DNA of 64,000 nt from Actinomycetota bacterium (GTDB lineage: Bacteria > Actinomycetota > Actinomycetes > S36-B12 > UBA5976), in the NCBI GenBank assembly GCA_026392515.1, contig JAPLBY010000034.1, forward strand, positions 67,692 to 131,691, read 5' to 3'. The translations under genes were made by a program, and so were the position numbers. This document shows positions 1 to 8,423 of this stretch, piece by piece (positions within the stretch are counted from its first letter, which is position 1; every line of letters begins with the position of its first letter). The notes under the pieces were generated by a model that was not told the DNA's origin, ran no database searches, and saw only the letters and a program-made list of their open reading frames with translations.

Positions 1-467
1 ACTACTTCCGTTGGGTTGAATACTCAATTAGCTCATCAGTGATGATTGTTTTGATTGCTCAGATTACAGGTATCGCCGACATATCTGCACTGATTGCAAT
101 CTTTGGTGTAAATGCATCCATGATTCTTTTTGGTTGGTTACAGGAAAAATACGAGCAGCCAGGAAATGGTGGCTGGGTTCCATTTACCTTTGGTTGTATC
201 GCTGGAATCGTGCCATGGCTTGCAGTTCTGGTTTACGTTCTTTCTCCTGGTGGTCCGCCAGAAACTAGCGCACCAGGCTTTGTCATCGGCATCATTGTCA
301 CCATATTTGTGCTGTTCAACTCATTTGCTTGGGTGCAATACAAGCAATACAAAGCACAGGGTAAGTGGAGTAACTACTTGCATGGTGAGCGGATCTATAT
401 TGTGTTGAGTTTGGTTGCAAAGTCCCTCTTAGCTTGGCAGATCTTCGCAAATACACTTATCCCTTAA
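1..467 (+). CDS. Heliorhodopsin, C-terminal ~155 codons (5' end outside window; frame begins at nt 3)
   Basis: Translation YFRWVEYSISSSVMIVLIAQITGIADISALIAIFGVNASMILFGWLQEKY...GERIYIVLSLVAKSLLAWQIFANTLIP matches heliorhodopsin 48C12 (recalled from memory) almost residue for residue. It includes RWVEYS (counterion Glu, nt 18-20) and SLVAKS (Schiff-base Lys, nt 420-422). Stop TAA 465-467. Confidence 0.9.
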   Translation, partial: YFRWVEYSISSSVMIVLIAQITGIADISALIAIFGVNASMILFGWLQEKYEQPGNGGWVPFTFGCIAGIVPWLAVLVYVLSPGGPPETSAPGFVIGIIVTIFVLFNSFAWVQYKQYKAQGKWSNYLHGERIYIVLSLVAKSLLAWQIFANTLIP

Positions 468-756
468 TGCGACCTGGCTTAGGCCAGAGTCGATAAGTTG
501 CAACACCGATAACATTGTCATGTGGAATAAGTCCATAAGTTCTGGAATCGGTGCTGACTAAATCATTGTCGCCTTGTGCGAAAATGCCGTCGGTTTCAAT
601 TCGAATTAGTCGTTTGATGTCGTATTGATTATCGCGTTTGAAAATCACAAGATCGCCAAGAACCATTGGACCATCGTGGCGGACCAACAACCGCTCACCT
701 GGTGCCAAAGTAGGAATCATGCTCAAGCCTGAAACCACTGCCATTCCATAACGCAT
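457..756 (-). CDS. sodX: Ni-type superoxide dismutase maturation protease (S26 signal-peptidase-like, SodX)
   Basis: 99 aa with GLSMIPTL (catalytic Ser), IKRLI (Lys) and GDN..S.DSR motifs of minimal S26 peptidases. Divergent from sodN. 3' end overlaps the heliorhodopsin stop by 11 bp. Confidence 0.85.
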   Translation of the reverse strand: MRYGMAVVSGLSMIPTLAPGERLLVRHDGPMVLGDLVIFKRDNQYDIKRLIRIETDGIFAQGDNDLVSTDSRTYGLIPHDNVIGVATYRLWPKPGRIKG

Positions 757-846
757 ATTCCTATTGTTCCAGCCCTATTCTGCGGGCCAGAACCGGTGGA
801 GGTAATCTTGTGGCAAGCGGGTATCCGCAATATCTTCGGAGGAATT

Positions 847-1239
847 ATGAAGTTTTTCGCATCAACAATTGCAGTGAATGCTCACTGCGACCTACCTTGT
901 GGCATCTACGATCCAGCTCAGGCTCGGATTGAAGCCCTTTCTGTAAAAGCCTGCATGGAGAAGTACCACGCATCTGATGATGCAGACTTCAAAGCCCGCG
1001 CAGTTGCAATCAAGGAAGAGCGCTCGCACCAAGTTAAGGAACACCTATGGGTTCTTTGGACTGACTACTTCAAGGCTCCACACTTCGAAAAGTACCCAAA
1101 CCTAAATGGACTTTTCAATGAAGCAACAAAGCTTGCTGGCGCCGGTGGCACCAAGGGCACTAACGATGTTGCAGTTGCAGACCAGTTGATCGCAAAGATT
1201 GACGAAATTGCAGCAATCTTCGCCGACTCAAAGAAGTAA
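847..1239 (+). CDS. sodN: Nickel superoxide dismutase precursor
   Basis: MKFFASTIAVNA|HCDLPCGIYDP: Ni-hook HCDLPCG directly after a 12-aa propeptide. GGAGG at 838-842 precedes ATG 847. The ORF-track start at 796 is probably too early. Confidence 0.93.
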   Translation: MKFFASTIAVNAHCDLPCGIYDPAQARIEALSVKACMEKYHASDDADFKARAVAIKEERSHQVKEHLWVLWTDYFKAPHFEKYPNLNGLFNEATKLAGAGGTKGTNDVAVADQLIAKIDEIAAIFADSKK

Positions 1240-1249
1240 AACCTAACTT

Positions 1250-1807
1250 ATGATTTCAGTGCGTGAGGCAACTCCTGAAGATGTCGCCCAAATGCACCAA
1301 ATGATTAATGAGTTAGCAGAGTACGAAAAAGCTCCAAAAGAAGTAATCGCGACCGAACTTGACCTGATGAAGGCATTGTTCGGTCGCGATTTTTCTTCCC
1401 CTGAGTTCGACCAGCACGACAGCATTTCGACTTCAGGTTCGGCAAATACCCCTCATGGGCAACCCGCGGTTTATGCGTTTGTAATTGAAGATCCGAATGA
1501 TTCAGATCAACTTGCTGGAATGGCGATCTGGTTTTTGAATTACAGCACTTGGGATGGCACACATGGCGTCTATCTTGAAGACTTATATGTGCGACCACAA
1601 TTCCGTGGTCAAGGTATGGGTAAAGCGCTAATGAAGCGATTGGCTCAAGTGTGTATCGATAACGATTACTCACGTTTCCAGTGGTGGGTATTGGATTGGA
1701 ATCAACCAGCCATCGAGGTTTACCGCGCTATGGGCGCAAAGGCTATGGACGAGTGGACGGTTTATCGAGTCTCAGGCCAAGAACTTAAAGATCTCGCCAG
1801 CGAATAG
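1250..1807 (+). CDS. GNAT family N-acetyltransferase (diamine/spermidine acetyltransferase-like)
   Basis: 185 aa. Acetyl-CoA motif RPQFRGQGMGKALMKRL. Overall layout resembles SSAT-type GNATs. Confidence 0.8.
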   Translation: MISVREATPEDVAQMHQMINELAEYEKAPKEVIATELDLMKALFGRDFSSPEFDQHDSISTSGSANTPHGQPAVYAFVIEDPNDSDQLAGMAIWFLNYSTWDGTHGVYLEDLYVRPQFRGQGMGKALMKRLAQVCIDNDYSRFQWWVLDWNQPAIEVYRAMGAKAMDEWTVYRVSGQELKDLASE

Positions 1808-1853
1808 TTAGGCGATCACCCGTTGCGACTGTGAAATAGGTTAACGTCGTAAT

Positions 1854-2225
1854 GTGAACACAATTGATTTAGCCGTTCCGGCTACTCCAGAGTATGTCGG
1901 ATTGATTCGAAGCGCTGCAGCACACATTGCAGCACATGCCGACTTAACCATTGATGCCATTGATGATTTGCGATTGGCCGTTGATGAGGCATTCGCAGTT
2001 CTGATTGCGCACAAACCGGAATCCGGTGTTGTCACCATTAAGTTCAAGATTCACTCCGAGCGACTAGATATTGAACTTACTGGCCCAGCCGGAAGTCCCC
2101 CGCCAGATAAAACTTCGTTTGCTTGGACAGTTCTAAGTGCCTTGGTGCACGAGGTTTCCGCAGACGCTTCACCGGCAGGTCTAGTGACTCTGTTGCTAAC
2201 TGCCAAAGTGGTGGCTAGTGCCTAA
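1854..2225 (+). CDS. RsbW/UsfX-like anti-sigma factor, kinase motifs degenerate
   Basis: 123 aa directly upstream of, and overlapping, a SigB/F-type sigma gene. DEAFAVLIAH aligns to the RsbW N-box (E..N...H) with Asn replaced by Val. No DxGxG box. Confidence 0.65.
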   Translation: MNTIDLAVPATPEYVGLIRSAAAHIAAHADLTIDAIDDLRLAVDEAFAVLIAHKPESGVVTIKFKIHSERLDIELTGPAGSPPPDKTSFAWTVLSALVHEVSADASPAGLVTLLLTAKVVASA

Positions 2226-2973
2226 AAACGACTTACGATCAGCTGATCGTGAGATGTTCGAGCAACTTGCAGCTCTAGAAGCAGGTACCAGTGAACACGA
2301 GGCGCTTCGTGCTGCGCTGATTGAACGCCATTTACCTTTGGTTACATTCATGGCACGAAAATTTGCTGATCGCGGCGAGCCTCTTGATGATCTGATTCAA
2401 GTCGGCACTATCGGCTTAATAAAGGCAATCGACAGATTTGAAATTTCTAAAGGATTCGAATTCTCAACTTTTGCAACCCCAACCATAGTTGGTGAAATAA
2501 AGCGTCACTTCCGAGATAAGACCTGGGCAGTTAGAGTGCCTCGAAGACTTCAAGAATTGGGCGCATCGGTAACTAAGGCAACCACTGAGTTGACGCAGAA
2601 ATTGGATCGGTCACCGACTCCCAAAGAAATTGCTAAACATCTAGGGATAACTGTTGATGATGTTGCTGAGGCATTGGAATCGAATGCTGCTTATTCAACG
2701 GTCAGTTTGGATGTGACCTCTGAAACTTCTACAAGTATTGGTGAAACGTTTGGCGCTTTAGATGAAGCACTTGAAGGCGTTGAATATCGCGAATCTCTAA
2801 AACCGTTACTCGCACAACTGGACGACCGTGAGAAAAGGATTTTGCAAATGCGGTTCTTTGACAACTTGAGTCAAAGCCAAATTGCAACTGAGCTTGGAAT
2901 TTCTCAAATGCACGTATCGAGAATCTTGAATAAAGTACTAACTCATCTTCGAGAAGGTTTGATTAGCGGCTGA
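2218..2973 (+). CDS. RNA polymerase sigma factor, SigB/SigF/SigG (group 3) family
   Basis: DLIQVGTIGLIKAIDRFE...FSTFATPTIVGEIKRHFRD (regions 2.1-2.4) and SQSQIATELGISQMHVSRIL (region 4.2). GTG start overlaps the anti-sigma stop. Confidence 0.9.
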   Translation: MPKNDLRSADREMFEQLAALEAGTSEHEALRAALIERHLPLVTFMARKFADRGEPLDDLIQVGTIGLIKAIDRFEISKGFEFSTFATPTIVGEIKRHFRDKTWAVRVPRRLQELGASVTKATTELTQKLDRSPTPKEIAKHLGITVDDVAEALESNAAYSTVSLDVTSETSTSIGETFGALDEALEGVEYRESLKPLLAQLDDREKRILQMRFFDNLSQSQIATELGISQMHVSRILNKVLTHLREGLISG

Positions 2974-3321
2974 TTACTGCTGTGGCGTTCTGAGTAATGC
3001 CACAAATCCTGCTACACCAAATGCAGTAACAATAACTCCGAGAACCTTATAGATCATTAAGGTACCACTAAATAATGTGTATCCGGCGATTCCAATGAAT
3101 AGCTGCAGCAGATAAAACGGAGTGCGAGCCCAGTTTTGTTGCTTTGAGATTCCACGAGTGCAGGCAGCTAGAGATGCAGCGAAAATTGTGTAAATGATGA
3201 ATTGCACTGGAGGTGATCCGACTGAGCTATGGTCTACGGTGCCCTTGATGACAATAGAAATCCCATAAAGGAATATGGCTGCAGATTCAATTGCGCCAAT
3301 GGCTAAAGTTAACTTCTTCAC
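2974..3321 (-). CDS. Small integral membrane protein (about 4 TM), unknown function
   Basis: 115 aa, four hydrophobic segments. I do not recognise a family. Confidence 0.55.
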   Translation of the reverse strand: MKKLTLAIGAIESAAIFLYGISIVIKGTVDHSSVGSPPVQFIIYTIFAASLAACTRGISKQQNWARTPFYLLQLFIGIAGYTLFSGTLMIYKVLGVIVTAFGVAGFVALLRTPQQ

Positions 3322-3368
3322 ATAACAACCATATCGGATTCCTTAAACTTCGCAGATAGAGTTGAGGC

Positions 3369-4310
3369 ATGCGGGCGCTCTTAGTTGCAAACACATTTGC
3401 AACTACTACTGATGATGCAATCCAAACCCAGGTAGTGAATGAACTTTCAAAGCATCTAGACATCACGGTTGTGAATACCAAGGCTCGCAACGATGCCATA
3501 GAAATCGCGAGATCTGCGCACCAGCAAGGATTCGAACTGGTGATTGGCCTGGGTGGTGATGGCACAGTTAATGAAATTGCAAATGGGCTTTTGCTAGATG
3601 GGCCAAACCCCGATGGTCCTCTCCTTGCTGCCATACCTGGCGGAAATGGAAATGTATTTGCGCGGAACATGGGGCTGTCCGAGAATCCGCTTGAGGCAAC
3701 AGCACAAATCCTAACTGCGCTTGAAGCGCGCAACTTTAAAAACATCGGTGTTGGCAAGATTGCGACAAACAATATTTCGCGCTGGTTTCTTTTCAACGCC
3801 GGTATCGGATTAGACGCAGCCGTAATTGCAGAAATGGAAGCCCGCAGAGCTGGTGGAAAAATGGTCAGCGATGCAGCCTATGCCGGACTGGCGCTACGAG
3901 AGTTGTTTGCCAGAACGGACCGAAAGAACGCTGGGCTCAGTTTGGTCTCTGATTCAGGTGAAGTTCATCGAAATGCGCATTTCGCCCTAATCGTGAATTT
4001 GGCACCGTGGGCCTATCTAGGGTCAAAGCCGCTGAACCCACTTCCAATGGCTAGCCATGACACTGCGCTTGATGTTTATGCGCCTACTTCCCTTAAGGTC
4101 CGAGCCATCTTGAGGCTAGTTAGACGCGCAATAGCTGGAAAATCTGCCGAGAATGAGCGAAATGTAATTGCACTTACAAATCAAAAACAAGTCCATATTC
4201 AATCTGATCGTCCACTTTGGATTCAGGTTGATGGCGATGTGCTAACCCAGTCAACAGAACTAACGGCTACTCATGTCCCAAATGCGCTTAGAGTCCTTGC
4301 CAATTTGTGA
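3369..4310 (+). CDS. Diacylglycerol/lipid kinase family protein (DAGK catalytic domain)
   Basis: LVIGLGGDGTVNEIANGL motif. 313 aa. Position next to whiB1 as in mycobacteria (Rv3218-like, from memory). Confidence 0.85.
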   Translation: MRALLVANTFATTTDDAIQTQVVNELSKHLDITVVNTKARNDAIEIARSAHQQGFELVIGLGGDGTVNEIANGLLLDGPNPDGPLLAAIPGGNGNVFARNMGLSENPLEATAQILTALEARNFKNIGVGKIATNNISRWFLFNAGIGLDAAVIAEMEARRAGGKMVSDAAYAGLALRELFARTDRKNAGLSLVSDSGEVHRNAHFALIVNLAPWAYLGSKPLNPLPMASHDTALDVYAPTSLKVRAILRLVRRAIAGKSAENERNVIALTNQKQVHIQSDRPLWIQVDGDVLTQSTELTATHVPNALRVLANL

Positions 4311-4404
4311 ACCCATCAATTTGAATCTTGACCATTTTCAACACTTTTAGAACTCACTGGGTCGCAGGTCACAAAAAAATCCCGATTTTATTGGCTAAAA
4401 CCCT

Positions 4405-4420
4405 TGTGAAAACAGTCACG
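4405..4420 (+). promoter_or_regulatory. CRP/FNR-family binding site candidate upstream of whiB1-like gene
   Basis: TGTGAaaacagTCACg matches 9 of 10 positions of TGTGA-N6-TCACA. It lies about 100 bp upstream of the whiB start. Confidence 0.45.
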
Positions 4421-4518
4421 AAGTGAGAAACTGGAAACTGCAGATTGGATCCAAGGGAAACCTAAGAGTAAAAATCGCAAATTGACCGTTTATCCGTAAC
4501 TACATCTTGGAGGATCGC

Positions 4519-4812
4519 GTGGACTGGCGCCATGAGGCAGCCTGCCGTGACGAAGATCCAGAACTCTTCTTCCCTATTGGCAATACAGGCCCTGCAATTT
4601 TACAGATCGAGGAAGCGAAGGCTGTTTGCCGTCGCTGCAAGGTTATTGAACCTTGCCTGAAATGGGCACTCGAAACTGGTCAAGATTCTGGTGTTTGGGG
4701 CGGAACTAGTGAAGATGAACGTCGTGCTATCAAGCGACGTGCTCAGCGAGCTCGTGCTCGTGGCCTAGAGCCAACTCCGCACGTATTTGAAACTGACTTA
4801 CCTAATCTATAG
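4519..4812 (+). CDS. whiB1: WhiB family Fe-S transcription factor, WhiB1/WblE-like
   Basis: (V)DWRHEAACRDEDPELFFPIGNTGPAILQIEEAKAVCRRCKVIEPCLKWALETGQDSGVWGGTSEDERRAIKRR. Four Cys and GVWGG turn. N-terminus parallels M. tuberculosis WhiB1 MDWRH. GGAGG 4509-4513 precedes GTG 4519. Confidence 0.9.
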   Translation: MDWRHEAACRDEDPELFFPIGNTGPAILQIEEAKAVCRRCKVIEPCLKWALETGQDSGVWGGTSEDERRAIKRRAQRARARGLEPTPHVFETDLPNL

Positions 4813-4853
4813 CCACTAACCGAAGTCGATTCAAGATGGGCTACCGTTGAGGT

Positions 4854-5066
4854 ATGTCAGATGTGCGTGCGGATATGGTCGCAAATGTGATGGAAATTTA
4901 TGTCACTGAAGGCGCTACCTTAAACGTGGGCGACACAATTGTTTTGCTGGAATCTATGAAAATGGAAATTCCGGTAATCGCTGAAGAATCTGGAACCATC
5001 TCAAGAGTTGCAGTTAGCGTTGGAGATGTTGTTCAAGAAGGCGACCTAATCGTCTCGATTTCCTAA
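4854..5066 (+). CDS. Stand-alone biotin/lipoyl attachment domain protein (TB7.3-like)
   Basis: 70 aa with the ESMKMEIPV biotinyl-Lys motif. Same neighbourhood as Rv3221c (TB7.3) in M. tuberculosis, from memory. Confidence 0.85.
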   Translation: MSDVRADMVANVMEIYVTEGATLNVGDTIVLLESMKMEIPVIAEESGTISRVAVSVGDVVQEGDLIVSIS

Positions 5067-5090
5067 TCCAGGAACAAAGTTTTCGGGCAT

Positions 5091-5120
5091 AAAAAAAGCC
5101 TGGCGAACCAGACTTTTTTT
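5091..5120. terminator. Bidirectional intrinsic terminator
   Basis: A7-GCCTGG-cgaa-CCAGAC-T7: short hairpin (one C.A mismatch) flanked by an A-run and a T-run, between convergent genes. Confidence 0.7.
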
Positions 5121-5131
5121 GACAAATAGGC

Positions 5132-5206
5132 TTAAGCGTTTGGACGACGGCCGTGGTTTGCCTTGTTCTTCTTACGATCACGCTTTTTGCGGCCGCGCTT
5201 GCTCAT
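5132..5206 (-). CDS. 50S ribosomal protein bL37 (actinobacterial 24-aa protein); absent from the ORF track
   Basis: Hand translation gives MSKRGRKKRDRKKNKANHGRRPNA*. AAGGAG lies 6 nt upstream of the ATG. Sequence pattern matches the small basic bL37 seen in mycobacterial ribosome structures (from memory). Confidence 0.8.
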   Translation of the reverse strand: MSKRGRKKRDRKKNKANHGRRPNA

Positions 5207-5305
5207 GGGGTGCTCCTTGCGATTTAGCTTAGGTATACAGAATACGGGGTAACCGTTACTGGAGGAAATCTGCTCCCAAATCAGGTCGAATCCAAGCGGT
5301 TGGGG

Positions 5306-6034
5306 TTAAAACAAGGTCTGATTTGTCATTAATTCAGCGTTATTGTTTTTGACGTTCCCAACGGCTGAAGAAACTTCCCACGCTTGTAATGTCACTTCAG
5401 TAGCAGAACCTAAAACATCCTGCAGCGGGTTGGTTGGTGAATTCAACCAAGAATCTTGCAACTCTGGAGTCAATAGAACTGGCATTCGATCATGAATGTA
5501 TGAAAAATCTGGCCGTGCCTCTTGGGTCAAGATCGCAGCTGACCAAAGCATTTGACCATCAGGCTGCTTCCAAGATTCGTAAATCCCAGCAAGTCCCAGC
5601 ACTGATTCGGTTGCCGCCGAAAAATAATAAGGCGTCTTCTTGCCTGGACTACCCTGCCATTCGTACCACCCATCAGCCGGGACAATACATCTGCGCTTTA
5701 CTAATGCGGATCTAAATGAAGGCTTCTCGGCTGCGGTTTCACTTCGGGCATTAATCATTCTTGACCCAATTGCGGGATCCTTGGCCCAGCTCGGAATCAG
5801 ACCCCAAGCAAATGCAGCCAGAAGCCTTTCTTCATTTTGCGAAACAATGGCTGGAATTTGATGCGTTGGTGCCACATTGAAATTAGGCTGAAAAGGATCT
5901 GATTCAATTTGATCTAACTTCTTTGCTGGCGAAGTTAAATCAGCAATGCGCCCTTCAAGGATTGCAATTGAGCTGACTTGGAATTGACTGGCAATTACCT
6001 TTGGGTCGGTCTTTAACGTAAATCTTCCGCACAT
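5306..6034 (-). CDS. SOS response-associated peptidase (SRAP/YedK/HMCES family)
   Basis: MCGRF N-terminus (catalytic Cys2), so ATG 6034 is chosen rather than the GTG at 6040. 242 aa. Confidence 0.9.
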   Translation of the reverse strand: MCGRFTLKTDPKVIASQFQVSSIAILEGRIADLTSPAKKLDQIESDPFQPNFNVAPTHQIPAIVSQNEERLLAAFAWGLIPSWAKDPAIGSRMINARSETAAEKPSFRSALVKRRCIVPADGWYEWQGSPGKKTPYYFSAATESVLGLAGIYESWKQPDGQMLWSAAILTQEARPDFSYIHDRMPVLLTPELQDSWLNSPTNPLQDVLGSATEVTLQAWEVSSAVGNVKNNNAELMTNQTLF

Positions 6035-6069
6035 ATTCACCTAGTCTGCCAGCCGTTAGGCTTAGAGAT

Positions 6070-7350
6070 GTGCCTGATCTGTGGAATGCTCCTAACCGGA
6101 CTAACCCAATAGCCGCGCGCGTTCGCATTCCTGGATCAAAGTCCTTAACTAATCGCTGGTTAATAATGGCCGCACTTTCTGGCGGTGAATGCCGGATCAA
6201 TCATCCGCTCCAAGCACGCGACACCCTTTTGATGGCGCAGGCGCTTTCTGCACTTGGTAGTTCCGTAGAAATCCAAGACGAGGCTTTCGTTGTTACGCCA
6301 GGCACGACATCTGACGCAACACAAGTTGATTGCGGACTGGCAGGCACCGTCATGAGATTTGTGCCGCCAGTAGCCGCACTGAGTTCAGGCAACACTAGAT
6401 TCGATGGCGACCCACACGCTCGGGTTCGACCAATGAAGCAAATCATTTCCGCCCTACGTCGCTTGGATGTTGAGATCAACGATGATGATCGCGGTACTTT
6501 GCCATTTACTGTTGTTGGCAAAGGTTTCGTTGCAGGTGGTTCCGTAACTATTGATGCTTCCGAATCTTCCCAGTTTGTTAGCGCGTTACTTCTTGCTGGT
6601 TGTAGATATGACGCCGGAGTTTCAATAATTCACTCGGGATCAGCATTGCCGTCAATGCCACACATAGATATGTCTGTTGAAGTTTTGCGAGAACTGGGAA
6701 TTCGAGTCGATGTCGACGTCAAAGATTCGACCAATGCCACTTGGACTGTCCGTCCTGGCGTGCCACGTTCATTTAATGTAACTGTGGAACCGGACTTATC
6801 TAATGCCGCGCCATTTCTTGCATCTGCACTTGTTTGTGGCGGATCAGTCACGATTCCAGATTGGCCCACACAAACCACGCAGGCCGGTAATGCGCTTGTA
6901 AGTCTGCTACCAAAACTGGGCGCAACTGTTTCTCGGGATGGAACTGATTTAGTAGTTACCGGCGGATCGGAAATCAACGGCATTGATGTTGACTTACATG
7001 ATGTTGGCGAGCTGACTCCGGTAATTGCCGCGTTATGCGCACTGGCAACGGGTCCGTCTACCTTGCGAGGCATTGCACACTTACGTGGTCATGAAACTGA
7101 TCGATTGGCAGCGCTAGTTACCGAAATCAACAAACTTGGTGGCAAGGCAACGGAAACTGCTGATGGAATACATATCGAACCAGCAAAACTTCATGGCGGT
7201 CAGTTCGCCACTTACTCTGACCATCGCATGGCAATGGCTGGCGCAGTGCTTGGGCTAGCTGTCGCAGATTTAGTGATTGAAGATATCGCAACAACCAGCA
7301 AGACCCTGCCGGACTTTGCAAACATGTGGCAAGAGATGGTTAACGCGTGA
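6070..7350 (+). CDS. aroA: 3-phosphoshikimate 1-carboxyvinyltransferase (EPSP synthase)
   Basis: IPGSKSLTNR, LAGTVMRF and HRMAMA motifs. 426 aa. Confidence 0.95.
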   Translation: MPDLWNAPNRTNPIAARVRIPGSKSLTNRWLIMAALSGGECRINHPLQARDTLLMAQALSALGSSVEIQDEAFVVTPGTTSDATQVDCGLAGTVMRFVPPVAALSSGNTRFDGDPHARVRPMKQIISALRRLDVEINDDDRGTLPFTVVGKGFVAGGSVTIDASESSQFVSALLLAGCRYDAGVSIIHSGSALPSMPHIDMSVEVLRELGIRVDVDVKDSTNATWTVRPGVPRSFNVTVEPDLSNAAPFLASALVCGGSVTIPDWPTQTTQAGNALVSLLPKLGATVSRDGTDLVVTGGSEINGIDVDLHDVGELTPVIAALCALATGPSTLRGIAHLRGHETDRLAALVTEINKLGGKATETADGIHIEPAKLHGGQFATYSDHRMAMAGAVLGLAVADLVIEDIATTSKTLPDFANMWQEMVNA

Positions 7351-8378
7351 GTCAATTCGACGAAGATTCCATCTCAGGTAGACCTACCCGAGGTAATTCC
7401 AGGCGGCGAACTAAAGATCGACCAGATTTTTCTAAAGCCGAAGTTGGTCAAGTAATCGGAGTAGATCGTGGGCGAATCACATGTCTTGTGCCTGCTGGTG
7501 AGTTGTTTGAAAATCAAGTTCAAGTAACCACAGTTAAGGCACGTGAACTTGGCCGAAAAGGCGTTGTCATTGGCGACCGAGTTCGCCTGGTTGGTGACCT
7601 ATCCGGTGCTGTTGATACCTTGGCGCGGTTAGTTGAAATCATTGAAAGAGAAACGGTTTTAACTCGAACTGCTGATGACAGTGATCCAGTTGAACGAGTG
7701 ATCGTCGCCAATGCTGATCAAATGGCAATTGTTACTGCAGCGGCAAATCCTGAACCTCGAATTGGCTTGATTGATCGTGCGCTAGTGGCTGCATTCGAAG
7801 CTGGACTTGAACCACTTTTGATCATTACCAAAGTCGACTTAGGATCCCCCCAAGCGATTCTCGATAACTACTCCGGAATGGACTTGCGTCATATCGAGGT
7901 CAATCAACAAACTGGCGCCGGAATTTCTCAAGTTAGAGCTGCGCTATCTGGAAGAACGACTGTGTTTCTCGGTCACTCAGGCGTTGGCAAATCCACATTA
8001 GTGAACTCCCTGGTACCTGATGCGCTGCGAACAACTGGTGAAGTTAATGATGTAACCGGTCGCGGTAAGCACACATCAACTTCAGCTCGCGCCATTCCCC
8101 TGCCAAATGATTCAGGTTGGGTGATTGATACCCCGGGACTTCGATCGTTTGGCCTGGCACATGTAAAGCCCGAAGACATTATTGAATCTTTTCCAGAATT
8201 GGTTGATGGTGCAAATGAATGCCCACGAGCATGCACACACGTGAACTCGGTTGGCCAGTCACCGCCGGACTGTGCACTCGATGAATGGGTTAGTGAAAAT
8301 CATGCGGGAAGTGCTGGTGAAGGCCGCTTAACCTCACTTCGAAGGCTTTTGTTCGCTCTCCAAACACCTTCGAGTTAG
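7347..8378 (+). CDS. rsgA: Ribosome small-subunit-dependent GTPase A
   Basis: Circularly permuted GTPase: TKVDL ... GHSGVGKSTLVN ... DTPG, with C-terminal Cys/His zinc cluster. GTGA overlap with the aroA stop. Confidence 0.9.
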   Translation: MSQFDEDSISGRPTRGNSRRRTKDRPDFSKAEVGQVIGVDRGRITCLVPAGELFENQVQVTTVKARELGRKGVVIGDRVRLVGDLSGAVDTLARLVEIIERETVLTRTADDSDPVERVIVANADQMAIVTAAANPEPRIGLIDRALVAAFEAGLEPLLIITKVDLGSPQAILDNYSGMDLRHIEVNQQTGAGISQVRAALSGRTTVFLGHSGVGKSTLVNSLVPDALRTTGEVNDVTGRGKHTSTSARAIPLPNDSGWVIDTPGLRSFGLAHVKPEDIIESFPELVDGANECPRACTHVNSVGQSPPDCALDEWVSENHAGSAGEGRLTSLRRLLFALQTPSS

Positions 8379-8423
8379 GGCGCCAAATTTCTGTCCTCAA
8401 GAATTTGCCAGTAGCGTAAAGTC

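Noticed and set aside
130-408. 92-aa alternative-frame ORF inside the heliorhodopsin gene
   Set aside because: It lies entirely within a strongly supported CDS in another frame. Composition is Cys/Ser-rich and there is no RBS. It is an overlap artefact.
796-846. ORF-track start of sodN at 796
   Set aside because: GGAGG at 838-842 and the ATG at 847 give the usual short propeptide before HCDLPCG. The extension adds 17 residues with no support.
3287-3796. Long antisense or alternative-frame ORFs inside well-supported genes (for example 3287-3796, 6201-6521, 6630-7073, 12972-13436, 16368-16706, 20777-21091, 33412-33981, 37258-37644, 49770-50105)
   Set aside because: Each lies opposite to, or out of frame with, a CDS that has clear family motifs. 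The translations are Ser/Arg/Pro/Ala-rich low-complexity sequence, typical of shadow ORFs. No RBS or independent motif is present.
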